A stretch of DNA of 64,000 bases, from contig OZ242320.1 in the NCBI GenBank assembly GCA_965208125.1, forward strand, positions 1,696,001 through 1,760,000. Direction: 5' to 3'. This DNA is from Candidatus Latescibacterota bacterium. GTDB taxonomy: Bacteria > Latescibacterota > UBA2968. A program made the translations under genes and the position numbers. How positions within the stretch are numbered: position 1 is the stretch's first letter; every line of letters begins with the position of its first letter. Below, piece after piece: positions 15,601 through 22,144 of the stretch. Below the pieces are notes generated by a model. The model was not told where the DNA came from, searched no databases, and saw only the letters and a list, made by a program, of their open reading frames with translations.

Positions 15601-16894
15601 GATACCATCTCTCACACAGGGTCAGGGGTCTGCGAAGGCCATAGAGACGATGCCCCTGCTCGGCGAGAGTGGTCAGTTTGATAATATGGACACTTTATGG
15701 GATTCTCCGCTGCGTTTGCGGCGGGTTACACCGCGAGAAGTATTGTCGCGCAGCAACTTTGAACTGCCGCTAAATCGCTGGTATAAATGCAGCGGTTGGA
15801 CCCTGTGGGGACAAGGTGCAGAGAACGAGATTTCAGGTCAGCTGAATACTGCCCGCAGGATAAAGACCAATAGTGTTAGCGGATATCTCGGCATTGATTA
15901 TCGGTTCCGCGCAAATACGCTGGTCGGGCTGGCACTCACACACAGTGTGGGCAACTTCGACTACAATAAGGGTGCTAATCCCCCGCTCGTTCTATCCGAT
16001 TATAGTCTGACGAGTCTGGTGCCTTATGCCCACTATCAGATGAATCCAAAACTTGGATTTTGGGGGCTGTTGGGCCTGGGGCGAGGCAACGTTAATGTAA
16101 AACACGATGAAGAAACCGTCAACACGCCGCTGACCTTGCTGATGAGCGCAGCCGGTACCCATCATGATCTGGCTACCTATCGGCATATTGATCTGGCGAT
16201 CAAAACCGATGCCTTCTTTGTGACTGTGGCATCTGGGGCACATGCGAGTTTGCCAGAGATGCGGGAGAATGTAGAACGCTTGCGCGTGCTGTTAGAAGGG
16301 CGCAAGAGGCATGAGGTTGGTTCATCGTCTCAGCTTATCCAGAGTGTGGAGTTTGGAGGTCGTTGGGATCAAGGGCGCGTGGTATCCGGTGCTGGCCTGG
16401 ATGTTGGTGGCAGCGTGAAGTATGCACACACACGCGGCTTGAACCTGGAAGCACGCGGGCGATATTTGTTGGTGCATGAGCAGGCTCGCTATAAAGAATG
16501 GGGGGCGAGTCTGTCACTGCGGGTCAATCCAGGCTGGGACAAGCGCGGCCTGCTGTTGTCAGTAGCTCCTGTGTGGGGGGTGTCATCGCAAAGTGCCGGG
16601 GCCATGTGGAATAACACATCGAATTTGGGTGGTGGAACTGCATACAGGTCATCACAGGCACCGGGGATCAGACCTGACCGCACAGAAGTGAATTTGGGAT
16701 ACCGTTTTGTGAGACACACCAGAAGCGTGCTCATTGAGCCTTATGGTGGTTTGTCGCTTGATCGTCAGGGCTGGCGAAGGTATCACATGGGCTGGCGAAT
16801 AGAGCTGGATGAGCGAGCAAATATGAATTTTGAAGGCGATCAAAGCGCACAGGGACAAACTGCTATCCGACTTCGCGCCCACTTGATTTGGTAA
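2..16894 (+). CDS. Giant Calx-beta repeat adhesin with C-terminal autotransporter-type beta-barrel (5' end outside window)
   Basis: Frame open from base 2 to TAA at 16894. Repeated Calx-beta motifs (FSIADVSVTEG...T(T)NDxVDEDDETFLVxLS...GTITDND). C-terminal ~370 aa has amphipathic beta-strands (WTLWGQG, GYLGIDY, SLVPYAHY) and ends in W. Confidence 0.9.
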   Translation, partial: SATVEHTVSGADYAGEDASDVDVTVTDDDAAPTFSIADVSVTEGSAATFTVTRNGATGTAVSVKWNTANDASGTDPAESNDYTAQTTKQTLSFGVGITSLTFSVQTTNDSVDEDDETFLVELSEASAGTSITDAEAVGTITDNDTKGVTVTPTSVTVTEAAGTTRTATYTVVLTSQPTGNVTVEVASDDTDAATVDKSRLTFSTSTWSTAQTVTVTGVDNQLDDGASRSATIEHMVSGADYAGEDASDVDVTVTDDDTAPAFSIGDVSVTEGSVATFTVTRSGALGSVASVKWNTADDASGTDPAESNDYTAQTTKQTLSFGANDAIKTFTVATTNDAVDEDDETFLVQLSEASTGTSITDAEAVGTITDNDTKGVTVAPTSVTVTEAAGNTRTATYTVVLTSQPTGNVTVEVASDDTDAATVDKSRLTFSTSTWSTAQTVTVTGVDNNVDDGASRSATVEHTVSGADYASVDASDVDVTVTDDDAAPTFSIADVSVTEGSAATFTVTRSGATGTAVSVKWNTANDASGTDPAEANDYTAVSTKQTLSFGVGVTSQTFNVQTTNDSVDEDDETFLVQLSEASTGTSITDAEAVGTITDNDTKGVTVAPTSLTVTEAAGNTRTATYTVVLTSQPTGSVTVAVESDDTDAATVDESTLTFSTSDWSTAQTVTVTGVDNQLDDGASRSATVEHTVSGADYAGVDASDVDVTVTDDDAAPTFSIADVSVTEGSAATFTVTRSGATGTTVSVKWNTANDATGDDPAEANDYTAQTTKQTLSFGVGITSLTFSVQTTNDSVDEDDETFLVQLSEASTGTSITDDEAVGTITDNDTKGVTVAPTSLTVTEAAGTTRTATYTVVLTSQPTGNVTVEVASDDTDAATVDKSRLTFSTSTWSTAQTVTVTGVDNNVDDGASRSATVEHTVSGADYAGVDASDVDVTVTDDDAEPTFSIADVSVTEGSAATFTVIRSGATGTTVSVKWNTANDGDGDDPAEANDYTAVSTKQTLSFGVGVTSQTFNVQTTNDAVDEDDETFLVQLSEATGATISTATATGTITDNDTKGVTVDPTSVTVTEAAGSTRTATYTVVLTSQPTGNVTVEVASDDTDAATVDESRLTFSTSTWSTAQTVTVTGVDNQLDDGASRSATVEHTVSGADYAGVDASDVDVTVTDDDAAPTFSIADVSVTEGSAATFTVTRSGATGTTVSVKWNTANDATGDDPAEANDYTAQTTKQTLSFGVGITSLTFSVQTTNDSVDEDDETFLVQLSEASTGTSITDDEAVGTITDNDTKGVTVAPTSLTVTEAAGTTRTATYTVVLTSQPTGNVTVEVASDDTDAATVDKSRLTFSTSTWSTAQTVTVTGVDNNVDDGASRSATVEHTVSGADYAGVDASDVDVTVTDDDAEPTFSIADVSVTEGSAATFTVIRSGATGTTVSVKWNTANDGDGDDPAEANDYTAVSTKQTLSFGVGVTSQTFNVQTTNDAVDEDDETFLVQLSEATGATISTATATGTITDNDTKGVTVDPTSVTVTEAAGSTRTATYTVVLTSQPTGNVTVEVASDDTDAATVDESRLTFSTSTWSTAQTVTVTGVDNQLDDGTSRSATVEHTVSGADYAGVDASDVDVTVTDDDAAPTFSIADVSVTEGSAATFTVIRSGATGTAVSVKWNTADDASGTDPAEANDYTAVSTKQTLNFAIGDASKTFNVQTTNDAVDEGDETFLVQLSEATGATITDAEAVGTITDNDTKGVTVDPTSVTVTEAAGSTRTATYTVVLTSQPTGNVTVEVASDDTDAATVDKSRLTFSTSTWSTAQTVTVTGVDNQLDDGTSRSATVEHTVSGADYAGEDASDVDVTVTDDDAAPTFSIADVSVTEGSAATFTVTRSGATGTAVSVKWNTADDASGTDPAESNDYTAQTSKQTLNFAIGDASKTFTVATTNDAVDEGDETFLVQLSEATGATISDAEAVGTITDNDTKGVTVAPTSLTVTEAAGSTRTATYTVVLTSQPTGNVTVEVESDDTDIATVDESTLTFSTSTWSTAQTVTVTGVDNNVDDGTSRSATVEHTVSGADYAGEDASDVDVTVTDDDAAPTFSIADVSVTEGSAATFTVTRSGATGTTVSVKWNTANDATGDDPAEANDYTAQTTKQTLSFGANDAIKTFTVATTNDAVDEDDETFLVQLSEASAGTSITDAEAVGTITDNDTKGVTVDPTSLTVTEAAGTTRTATYTVVLTSQPTGNVTVEVASDDTDAATVDKSRLTFSTSNWSTAQTVTVTGVDNNVDDGTSRSATVEHTVSGADYAGEDASDVDVTVTDDDAAPTFSIADVSVTEGSAATFTVTRNGATGTAVSVKWNTANDASGTDPAESNDYTAQTTKQTLSFGVGITSLTFSVQTTNDSVDEDDETFLVELSEASAGTSITDAEAVGTITDNDTKGVTVTPTSVTVTEAAGTTRTATYTVVLTSQPTGNVTVEVASDDTDAATVDKSRLTFSTSTWSTAQTVTVTGVDNQLDDGASRSATIEHMVSGADYAGEDASDVDVTVTDDDTAPAFSIGDVSVTEGSVATFTVTRSGALGSVASVKWNTADDASGTDPAESNDYTAQTTKQTLSFGANDAIKTFTVATTNDAVDEDDETFLVQLSEASTGTSITDAEAVGTITDNDTKGVTVAPTSVTVTEAAGNTRTATYTVVLTSQPTGNVTVEVASDDTDAATVDKSRLTFSTSTWSTAQTVTVTGVDNNVDDGASRSATVEHTVSGADYASVDASDVDVTVTDDDAAPTFSIADVSVTEGSAATFTVTRSGATGTAVSVKWNTANDASGTDPAEANDYTAVSTKQTLSFGVGVTSQTFNVQTTNDSVDEDDETFLVQLSEASTGTSITDAEAVGTITDNDTKGVTVAPTSLTVTEAAGNTRTATYTVVLTSQPTGSVTVAVESDDTDAATVDESTLTFSTSDWSTAQTVTVTGVDNQLDDGASRSATIEHMVSGADYAGEDASDVDVTVTDDDTAPAFSIGDVSVTEGSVATFTVTRSGALGSVASVKWNTADDASGTDPAESNDYTAQTSKQTLSFGANDAIKTFTVATTNDAVDEDDETFLVQLSEATGATISDAEAVGTITDNDTKGVTVTPTSLTVTEAAGNTRTATYTVVLTSQPTGSVTIGVESDDTDVATVDESTLTFSTSTWSTAQTVTVTGVDNQLDDGASRGATIDHAVSGADYASVDASDVDVTVTDDDAEPSFTIIEPMPVVSISPTSQIESAGTIVFSVQLSRASQQIIKMLCTSVDETAVAGEDYEAAMDTLKIAPNTMSGEIEMRLFDDDEVEGDETFKMVLSDLMNAEFAGNAQTISERATIIDDDEPDVMVSFYQSHYTISEGGKAVQIRVDISSGLEDRVELPLSVVHRNGATKADYSGVPEKIVFETWDDFKTFEVRAIDDDDDDDDEVVILDFDAPLPDGISTGGSTTIEIIDNDDPLVTVFYGKENYEIVEGGTKKLLSVHLSAAPLRRVEIPLLAVPANGATQADYSPIPERIIFMPDQIERTFVVSAIDDDDDDDGETVSLGFGPLPDRVNEGSLSTLHIIDNDNPVVTVSFDQSHYIATEGEGAVTITVSLSADPKRRVEIPLLVTPDNGATQADYTDVPEQIVFDRGETKKTFDLMAIDDNVDDDGETITLNFGTLPDGVNNGGSASVALVDNDDPVVTVSFDQSHYTATEGEGAVTITVSLSADPKRRVEIPLLVTPDNGATQADYTDVPEQIVFDRGETKKTFDLMAIDDNVDDDGETITLNFGTLPDGVNNGGSASVALVDNDDPVVTVSFDQSHYTATEGEGAVTITVSLSADPKRRVEIPLLVTPDNGATQADYTDVPEQIVFDRGETKKTFDLMAIDDNVDDDGETITLNFGTLPDGVNNGGSASVALVDNDDPVVTVSFDQSHYTATEGEGAVTITVSLSADPKRRVEIPLLVTPDNGATQADYTDVPEQIVFDRGETKKTFDLMAIDDNVDDDGETITLNFGTLPDGVNNGGSASVALVDNDDPVVTVSFDQSHYTATEGEGAVTITVSLSADPKRRVEIPLLVTPDNGATQADYTGVPEQIVFESGETVKTFALLATDDDVDDDGETITLRFGTLPDGVNNGGSASVALVDNDDPVVTVSFDQSHYIATEGEGTVTVTVSLSADPERRVEIPLLVTPDNGATQADYTGVPEQIVFESGETVKTFALLATDDNVDDDGETITLNFGTLPDGVNNGGSASVALVDNDDPVVTVSFDQSHYTATEGEGAVTITVSLSADPKRRVEIPLLVTPDNGATQADYTDVPEQIVFDRGETKKTFDLMAIDDNVDDDGETITLNFGTLPDGVNNGGSASVALVDNDDPVVTVSFDQSHYTATEGEGAVTITVSLSADPKRRVEIPLLVTPDNGATQADYTGVPEQIVFESGETVKTFALLATDDDVDDDGETITLRFGTLPDGVNNGGSASVALVDNDDPVVTVSFDQSHYIATEGEGTVTVTVSLSADPERRVEIPLLVTPDNGATQADYTGVPEQIVFESGETVKTFALLATDDNVDDDGETITLNFGTLPDGVNNGGSASVALVDNDDPVVTVSFDQSHYIATEGEGTVTVTVSLSADPERRVEIPLLVTPDNGATQADYTGVPEQIVFESGETVKTFALLATDDNVDDDGETITLNFGTLPDGVNNGGSASVALVDNDDPVVTVSFDQSHYIATEGEGTVTVTVSLSADPERRVEIPLLVTPDNGATQADYTGVPEQIVFESGETVKTFALLATDDNVDDDGETITLNFGTLPDGVNNGGSASVALVDNDDPVVTVSFDQSHYIATEGEGTVTVTVSLSADPERRVEIPLLVTPDNGATQADYTDVPEQIVFDRGETKKTFDLMAIDDNVDDDGETITLNFGTLPDGVNNGGSTLVSLMNNDERGVIVSVAALAIFEGDTGTYTVVLLSAPTAPVTLQISGMENTDLSVDMPQITFTAANYNIPQEVVVRAYADDDAIVDDGVTLHHAISGGDYDEVVVAPVAVAIIEKDVPVLRIEDQRVREDAGEMVFTATLNMQSNQEVHVSYATSNLTADAGKDYEATQGTLNFAALQTQQTFSVPIIDDDLDEGDETFTVILSTPMHVTISEGKARVFGTIEEDDTLPRSMELFLSSVGRIVATQTVDNISRRFEDQRSGIRPSFTLGGRPLIQYDSTEKWHAVAALIHNFAAALGADIWIPSLTQGQGSAKAIETMPLLGESGQFDNMDTLWDSPLRLRRVTPREVLSRSNFELPLNRWYKCSGWTLWGQGAENEISGQLNTARRIKTNSVSGYLGIDYRFRANTLVGLALTHSVGNFDYNKGANPPLVLSDYSLTSLVPYAHYQMNPKLGFWGLLGLGRGNVNVKHDEETVNTPLTLLMSAAGTHHDLATYRHIDLAIKTDAFFVTVASGAHASLPEMRENVERLRVLLEGRKRHEVGSSSQLIQSVEFGGRWDQGRVVSGAGLDVGGSVKYAHTRGLNLEARGRYLLVHEQARYKEWGASLSLRVNPGWDKRGLLLSVAPVWGVSSQSAGAMWNNTSNLGGGTAYRSSQAPGIRPDRTEVNLGYRFVRHTRSVLIEPYGGLSLDRQGWRRYHMGWRIELDERANMNFEGDQSAQGQTAIRLRAHLIW
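10690..14720 (+). repeat. 12 near-identical 336 bp units (112-aa Calx-beta-like domain)
   Basis: PVVTVSFDQSHY...ALVDNDD repeats every 336 nt; two diverged copies precede the array (about 10018-10690). Confidence 0.95.
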
Positions 16895-16930
16895 AACATC
16901 ACTCAGAGGAACATTTTGTCGGTTTCTCAA

Positions 16931-17905
16931 CTACGCGCGGGACGCGCCCAGAGTTTCGAGAACTTGCTTGGGAATTTTGCAAACAAAAGTATAAGCGGGA
17001 TCGTACATATTGCCCATATCGTATTCGACCGCCTCCCCCAGCAACACATGCACGGTGCGCTCATCCAACCCAAAATCCGACACGAGCCAGCGGATCATTT
17101 CAGTAGTCGCGTGCTCCACGCACTGATCGAGCGGACGGGCATTGCCCACCGTAAAAATATGCGTCTCATTTTCACCCCGCGGCCAGTTAATCGTCTTGCC
17201 CTTGTGCAGATGAACCGTAAAACGGACATCAAAAGAAATTTCAACACCCGTACCTACAATTTCACCATCGCCCTGAAGCGCGTGCCCATCGCCAATGTGA
17301 AAAAGCGCGCCCGCGACAAAAACCGGCAAATAAACCGTCGTACCCTCGTTGAAACGCTTGTAATCCATATTCCCACCGTGCGTGGATGACGTCGCAGTCG
17401 AAATCGCCTGACCCCGCGGCGGCGCAACCCCAAAACATCCGGGATGCGGATTGAGTGGCAAAATCAGATCGCTCAACGGACGGGGCGCTGGGCTGCCATA
17501 ACCGGGCGTGGTATGATCGCGGTTGCGGGAAACCTCTACCGGGCGTGCCGTGCGATTTTCAAAATCCATCTCCCACAAAACCCGCGAAATATCATCCTCA
17601 AACCTGGGCACATAACCCGGATCGAGCACATTGGGCGCAACGCGCGCAGACGTATAACCATGCGAGCGATTGGGCATCAAATAATCAAACACAACCGAAA
17701 TCGAATCCCCCGGCTCTGCACCCTCAATATAAAAAGGTCCCGTCTGGGGATTGCCGCCCTCCGTCACTTGCTCACCCGTCATATCCCTCCCACCCGCACA
17801 AACCGTCGTCGTCGAAAGCGTATCGCCACTTGCAATGGTAAGAACCGGGTCGTGTGATCCGATGGTCGTGTGATAATGCGTAGGGCTAAAGTTGTGATGT
17901 GCCAT
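16931..17905 (-). CDS. Acetamidase/formamidase family protein
   Basis: NPQTGPFYIEGAEPGD, HGGNMD, GDGHALQGDGE motifs; ATG at 17905 has an AGGAG SD. Confidence 0.9.
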   Translation of the reverse strand: MAHHNFSPTHYHTTIGSHDPVLTIASGDTLSTTTVCAGGRDMTGEQVTEGGNPQTGPFYIEGAEPGDSISVVFDYLMPNRSHGYTSARVAPNVLDPGYVPRFEDDISRVLWEMDFENRTARPVEVSRNRDHTTPGYGSPAPRPLSDLILPLNPHPGCFGVAPPRGQAISTATSSTHGGNMDYKRFNEGTTVYLPVFVAGALFHIGDGHALQGDGEIVGTGVEISFDVRFTVHLHKGKTINWPRGENETHIFTVGNARPLDQCVEHATTEMIRWLVSDFGLDERTVHVLLGEAVEYDMGNMYDPAYTFVCKIPKQVLETLGASRA

Positions 17906-17921
17906 AAATGCTCCTAAGTCT

Positions 17922-18833
17922 TCATGCAATCATCCGTATCTTCTCCTGCGCCTCCCATACACCCACCCATGACTTACCCCGGTCCTCACTGGTATAAAGC
18001 ATCTTATCCACAGCAGCCCATGCACACCCATCCTTTGAAAACGCGATATGGAACGTATCGATATTGTGCGGAACCGTACCTGGAAAACCCTCAGTCACAT
18101 GCTCCCATGTACTCCCCGCATCATCCGATCTGTAAAGCTGTCCCGAAGCCTCTCCATGTGGACCTCTGCTCACCGTAGCCAGCACACAATCCGGATCATC
18201 GGGATGCACGGCAATAGCGCGACCGTAATAATAGGGAAAACCCTCAGACCGGTGGGACCACGACCTCCCGCGATCATCGCTCACAAACACCGCACGCGCC
18301 GTATTCGCATACACGCGGTCGTCATCCCGGGGCGAAGTAGCCACCTGGTGAACATCATCGTGCAAATCCGGCGTCACGGGTTCCCATGTCTCACCGCAAT
18401 CTGCCGAACGCATAATACTACCCACGTGAATATCGGCATAAACCCAGCCATCCGTTGTCCTGGCAAAACTGCGCACATCTGGCGGACCGCCCCAGGGCGT
18501 GTACCATTTCTCGCGCACCGGCAACTGGTCAAAACACTCAACCCGATGCGTCTTCCCATCATCATAACAATAAATACGAGATTCTCCCGTACCGATAAGC
18601 AAGCGCAGGGGTTCTTCGTCAACAATAATCAAACACTCAATATCCTCTTCAATACCCGTAGCAACCGTCTGGGACTCCGTTTCGGTACACACAAACAAAT
18701 CGCCACTCTTGAGAGCGACAACGCGATAAACCTCGCCTTTGGCAAGCGCGGCAACATCGCCCTCTACAATCTGCACAGGAGCGTCCTGCTCCTCAAAACC
18801 CGCATGCACTGTTCGCGACGTAGCAATCAACAT
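17922..18833 (-). CDS. BNR/Asp-box beta-propeller protein
   Basis: Repeated SxDxGxTW boxes (RSADCGETW, SDDRGRSW, RSDDAGSTW, SEDRGKSW); GGAGG SD. Confidence 0.8.
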   Translation of the reverse strand: MLIATSRTVHAGFEEQDAPVQIVEGDVAALAKGEVYRVVALKSGDLFVCTETESQTVATGIEEDIECLIIVDEEPLRLLIGTGESRIYCYDDGKTHRVECFDQLPVREKWYTPWGGPPDVRSFARTTDGWVYADIHVGSIMRSADCGETWEPVTPDLHDDVHQVATSPRDDDRVYANTARAVFVSDDRGRSWSHRSEGFPYYYGRAIAVHPDDPDCVLATVSRGPHGEASGQLYRSDDAGSTWEHVTEGFPGTVPHNIDTFHIAFSKDGCAWAAVDKMLYTSEDRGKSWVGVWEAQEKIRMIA

Positions 18834-18980
18834 AACGCACCTCCATGTTTAAGTTTAAAAGCAATTTAACGGATCGCCCCACCACTGTAAACCCCAAAAT
18901 CCATAGCCTAGCAATTCTAAAAACTTGACAAACACAGAAATGTCGGATTATTTGTATTCTACATAAAGGAGATCAATACC

Positions 18981-19829
18981 ATGAATAATTGGAAACCCTC
19001 CGCTGAACAAAAACACCAATGGGAAGAAAAGGGATTCTTTATCGAGCACAACGTCGTCCCAGAAAGCATTGCTTTTGACATGCGCGGCGTCATAAAAAAC
19101 GAACTGCTCAAACCCGAACCAAGTGGCAACCCCAATCCAGACCCCATGGACCCCATGGGTGACACCCCCGAAGCGCGCGCCCTGAGATTTCGGAAATTGG
19201 GCAATTTCTGCGTCGAATCCCCCCTCATATGGCACACATTTCACGCCGGACGAGAAATGCTCGCCATGGCGCGATATTTCCTGGGCAACGACATCATCGT
19301 CAAGTTCAACAGCGTATTTGTAAAACCCGCCAAAACGGGTAGCGCAACACCCTGGCATCAGGACAACGGCCTCTGGCGCGACGGAGAAACCGAACCCTTT
19401 AATGCCTGGATGGCTCTCGACCCGGCAACCCGCAAAAATGGGTGTATGCAATTTATTCCAGGCAGTCACAAAGGCGAGATCATACAACACGTCATGTACG
19501 AAGACAGCATTCACGGTGAACTGCCCCGCGACCTCGTAAAAACGCGCATAGAACAATGCGACACAGAACACATCGAACTCAACCCGGGCGACGTGGTCTG
19601 CTGGCACAGCAGCCTGTGGCATTACAGCCCGCCAAACCCCAGCCCAAACAGCCGCATAGCTATTGCGGGCGTATGGACAAACCCCAAAATCAACGCCGGA
19701 CGCATGCGTCCGCTACACCGCTGGGGCATGAAAAACGGCGAAATATGCACCGCATTTCCCCCCGAATTCGTCCAGAACGAAAACGGCAAGCCCCACCACC
19801 CAGGAGACTTTCCCAAAGCCTCACAATAA
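18981..19829 (+). CDS. Phytanoyl-CoA dioxygenase (PhyH) family 2OG-Fe(II) oxygenase
   Basis: TPWHQD, WMALD, NGCMQFIPGSHK, PGDVVCWH..LWHYS.PN.S..SR; AAGGAG SD. Confidence 0.92.
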   Translation: MNNWKPSAEQKHQWEEKGFFIEHNVVPESIAFDMRGVIKNELLKPEPSGNPNPDPMDPMGDTPEARALRFRKLGNFCVESPLIWHTFHAGREMLAMARYFLGNDIIVKFNSVFVKPAKTGSATPWHQDNGLWRDGETEPFNAWMALDPATRKNGCMQFIPGSHKGEIIQHVMYEDSIHGELPRDLVKTRIEQCDTEHIELNPGDVVCWHSSLWHYSPPNPSPNSRIAIAGVWTNPKINAGRMRPLHRWGMKNGEICTAFPPEFVQNENGKPHHPGDFPKASQ

Positions 19830-19833
19830 AACA

Positions 19834-22050
19834 ATGAACAAACAGGGAACCATAGACCGTTCCATAGGTCTGGCAGGCGCAACAGGCGTGGGCATTGGCG
19901 CCATCGTCGGAGGCGGCATACTCGCACTTGCAGGCGTGGCCTATGCGACCACTGGACCGGCGACACTGCTCGTCTTCGCAGCCAATGGTGTGATAGCCGT
20001 ACTGACAGCATTGAGCTTTGCCGAAATGTCAACCGCATTTCCCCAGTCCGGCGGCACCTATACATTTGCCAAAAACGTATTATCCGTACGCGCGGCTTTC
20101 GCTTTTGGATGGGTGGGCTGGTTTGCATCCATCGTCGCCGGCGTACTCTACGCAATGGGCTTTGCATCCTATGCTGCCATAGCACTACAAGAATGTGTGC
20201 GTCTTCTCTTTGGCGTCGCACCAGAATGGCTCCTTGGACATGCGATGGTCGCAACGCTGGCCATAGGCGCAACCGCCTATTATACCTTTGGCCTCATTCG
20301 CACGAGCGGAGGCGGGGACAACTGGATCAACTTTGCAAAAATGGCTGTCTTCGCCGTGCTTATCGGCGGCGGTCTATGGGCACTCACGGGCAAAAGTCTG
20401 ACGACCATACACACCAGCCTGACCCCATTTCTCACCCATGGTACAGCGGGATTTTTCAAAGCCATGGGATATACCTTTATCGCCCTCCAGGGTTTTGACC
20501 TCATCGCCGCCGTCGCTGGCGAAGTACGCACCCCCGAACGCACATTGCCGCGCGCCATGCTCTTGTCTCTGGCAGCGGCTCTGGCCGTCTATTTGCCCCT
20601 GCTCTTTGTCATCGCGACTGTGGGTGTCCCACCTGGACAGACCATAGGTGGCCTGAGCACCAACCATCCCGAAGTGGTAGTGGCTCTCGCAGCGCGACAT
20701 TTTTTAGGTGAAACGGGTTTCTGGCTCGTGCTAATCGCCGCCATCTTGTCCATGCTATCGGCACTACAGGCCAATTTGCTGGCCGCCTCTCGCGTGGCCC
20801 TCACCATGGCGCAAGACCGCACCCTTCCCGCACCCATTGGGGAAGTACACATTCGCCATAAAACGCCCATAACCGCAATCTGTGTCAGTGCCCTGACAAT
20901 GGCAACCCTGCTGATGGTCGTGCCCGATGTAGCGGCGGCTGGCGCTGCGGCCAGTTTGATCTTCCTCATCTCTTTTGCCATGACGCACTGGACCAGCATC
21001 CTGGCCCGAACGCGACGGCGAACACCCGCACCATTCCACACGCCATTATTTCCCCTCATTCCCGTCACAGGCGGTCTGTGCTGCGCCGGATTGGCACTCT
21101 TTCAGGCCATATCCGTACCAACCGCCGGCTTGATCTCGGCGGTATGGCTCGGGCTGGGCGGATTATTGTACTGGGCATTGCTGGCGCGCCGCGCCCGCGT
21201 CGTAGATGCCTCTGCCGAAGCCCTCGACCCACAACTGCTCCAAATGCGCGGTCGCAGCCCCCTGGTCCTCGTACCCGTGGCCAATCCTCAAAATGCCTCT
21301 GCCATGGTCGCGGTTGCCCACGCGCTCGCACCACCGGGCGTAGGACGGGTATTGTTATTATCCGTAGTAGCTACCCCAGAAGAGGGATGGCGCGAGGAAG
21401 AACCACCTCATACCTTGCGCGACACACAAACAGTGATAAGAGAAGCCGTAACAGCCTCGTTTGCCTCTGGAATGGAACCCGAAGCACTGATGACCATCGC
21501 GCCGCAACCCTGGCCCGAGATTGTGCGGGTCTCCCGCATGCACCGCTGCGAGAGTTTATTATTGGGTTTGAGCGACGTCAACAGTGCCCACCTGGAAGAA
21601 CTCATCAGTTCTGTGGCATGCGACGTGGTGGTATTGCACGCGCCATCGGGCTGGCACTTAAAGAACGTACATCGCGTACTGGTACCCACGCGAAGTCTCG
21701 GTGCCCACGACAAATTTCGCGCCCGCTTGCTGGGCAGTCTGTGCCGCACGGGCAAACGCGAAGTCACATTTTTGCAGGTATTGCCCGAACACACCAGTGA
21801 TTTTCAGTGTGACCGCGCACAGCGCAGACTGACGCAATTTGCAAATGAAGAAGTCCCCACCAGAGCCGATGCCCTGGTCGTGCGCCACAACAAACCCCTC
21901 GAAGCAATTACGGATATGGCGAATAATCACGACCTGGCGATTTTGGGACTGGAGCGCATTGACAAAAACCGCAGACAATTTGGACAACTCGCACCGGTTC
22001 TCGCACAAAATATCACCTGCGCCACCATCATGATCAGCAGGCGAGGGTGA
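19834..22050 (+). CDS. APC-family amino acid permease with C-terminal USP-like domains
   Basis: GAIVGGGI, ALSFAEM...P.SGG.Y, GFDLIAAVAGEVRTPER, about 12 TM segments, then VLVPVANP and VLVPT USP-like regions. Confidence 0.88.
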   Translation: MNKQGTIDRSIGLAGATGVGIGAIVGGGILALAGVAYATTGPATLLVFAANGVIAVLTALSFAEMSTAFPQSGGTYTFAKNVLSVRAAFAFGWVGWFASIVAGVLYAMGFASYAAIALQECVRLLFGVAPEWLLGHAMVATLAIGATAYYTFGLIRTSGGGDNWINFAKMAVFAVLIGGGLWALTGKSLTTIHTSLTPFLTHGTAGFFKAMGYTFIALQGFDLIAAVAGEVRTPERTLPRAMLLSLAAALAVYLPLLFVIATVGVPPGQTIGGLSTNHPEVVVALAARHFLGETGFWLVLIAAILSMLSALQANLLAASRVALTMAQDRTLPAPIGEVHIRHKTPITAICVSALTMATLLMVVPDVAAAGAAASLIFLISFAMTHWTSILARTRRRTPAPFHTPLFPLIPVTGGLCCAGLALFQAISVPTAGLISAVWLGLGGLLYWALLARRARVVDASAEALDPQLLQMRGRSPLVLVPVANPQNASAMVAVAHALAPPGVGRVLLLSVVATPEEGWREEEPPHTLRDTQTVIREAVTASFASGMEPEALMTIAPQPWPEIVRVSRMHRCESLLLGLSDVNSAHLEELISSVACDVVVLHAPSGWHLKNVHRVLVPTRSLGAHDKFRARLLGSLCRTGKREVTFLQVLPEHTSDFQCDRAQRRLTQFANEEVPTRADALVVRHNKPLEAITDMANNHDLAILGLERIDKNRRQFGQLAPVLAQNITCATIMISRRG

Positions 22051-22144
22051 TCCGCAGATGGCGCAGATGGGGACGCAGATAAACTTTCGCCCCCATCCAT
22101 CGTAGGGGCAACCCTTGTGGTTGCCCTGTGAAAAGGAAAACATC

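Noticed and set aside
37-16930. Dozens of short minus-strand ORFs
   Set aside because: Antisense shadows of the repetitive adhesin.
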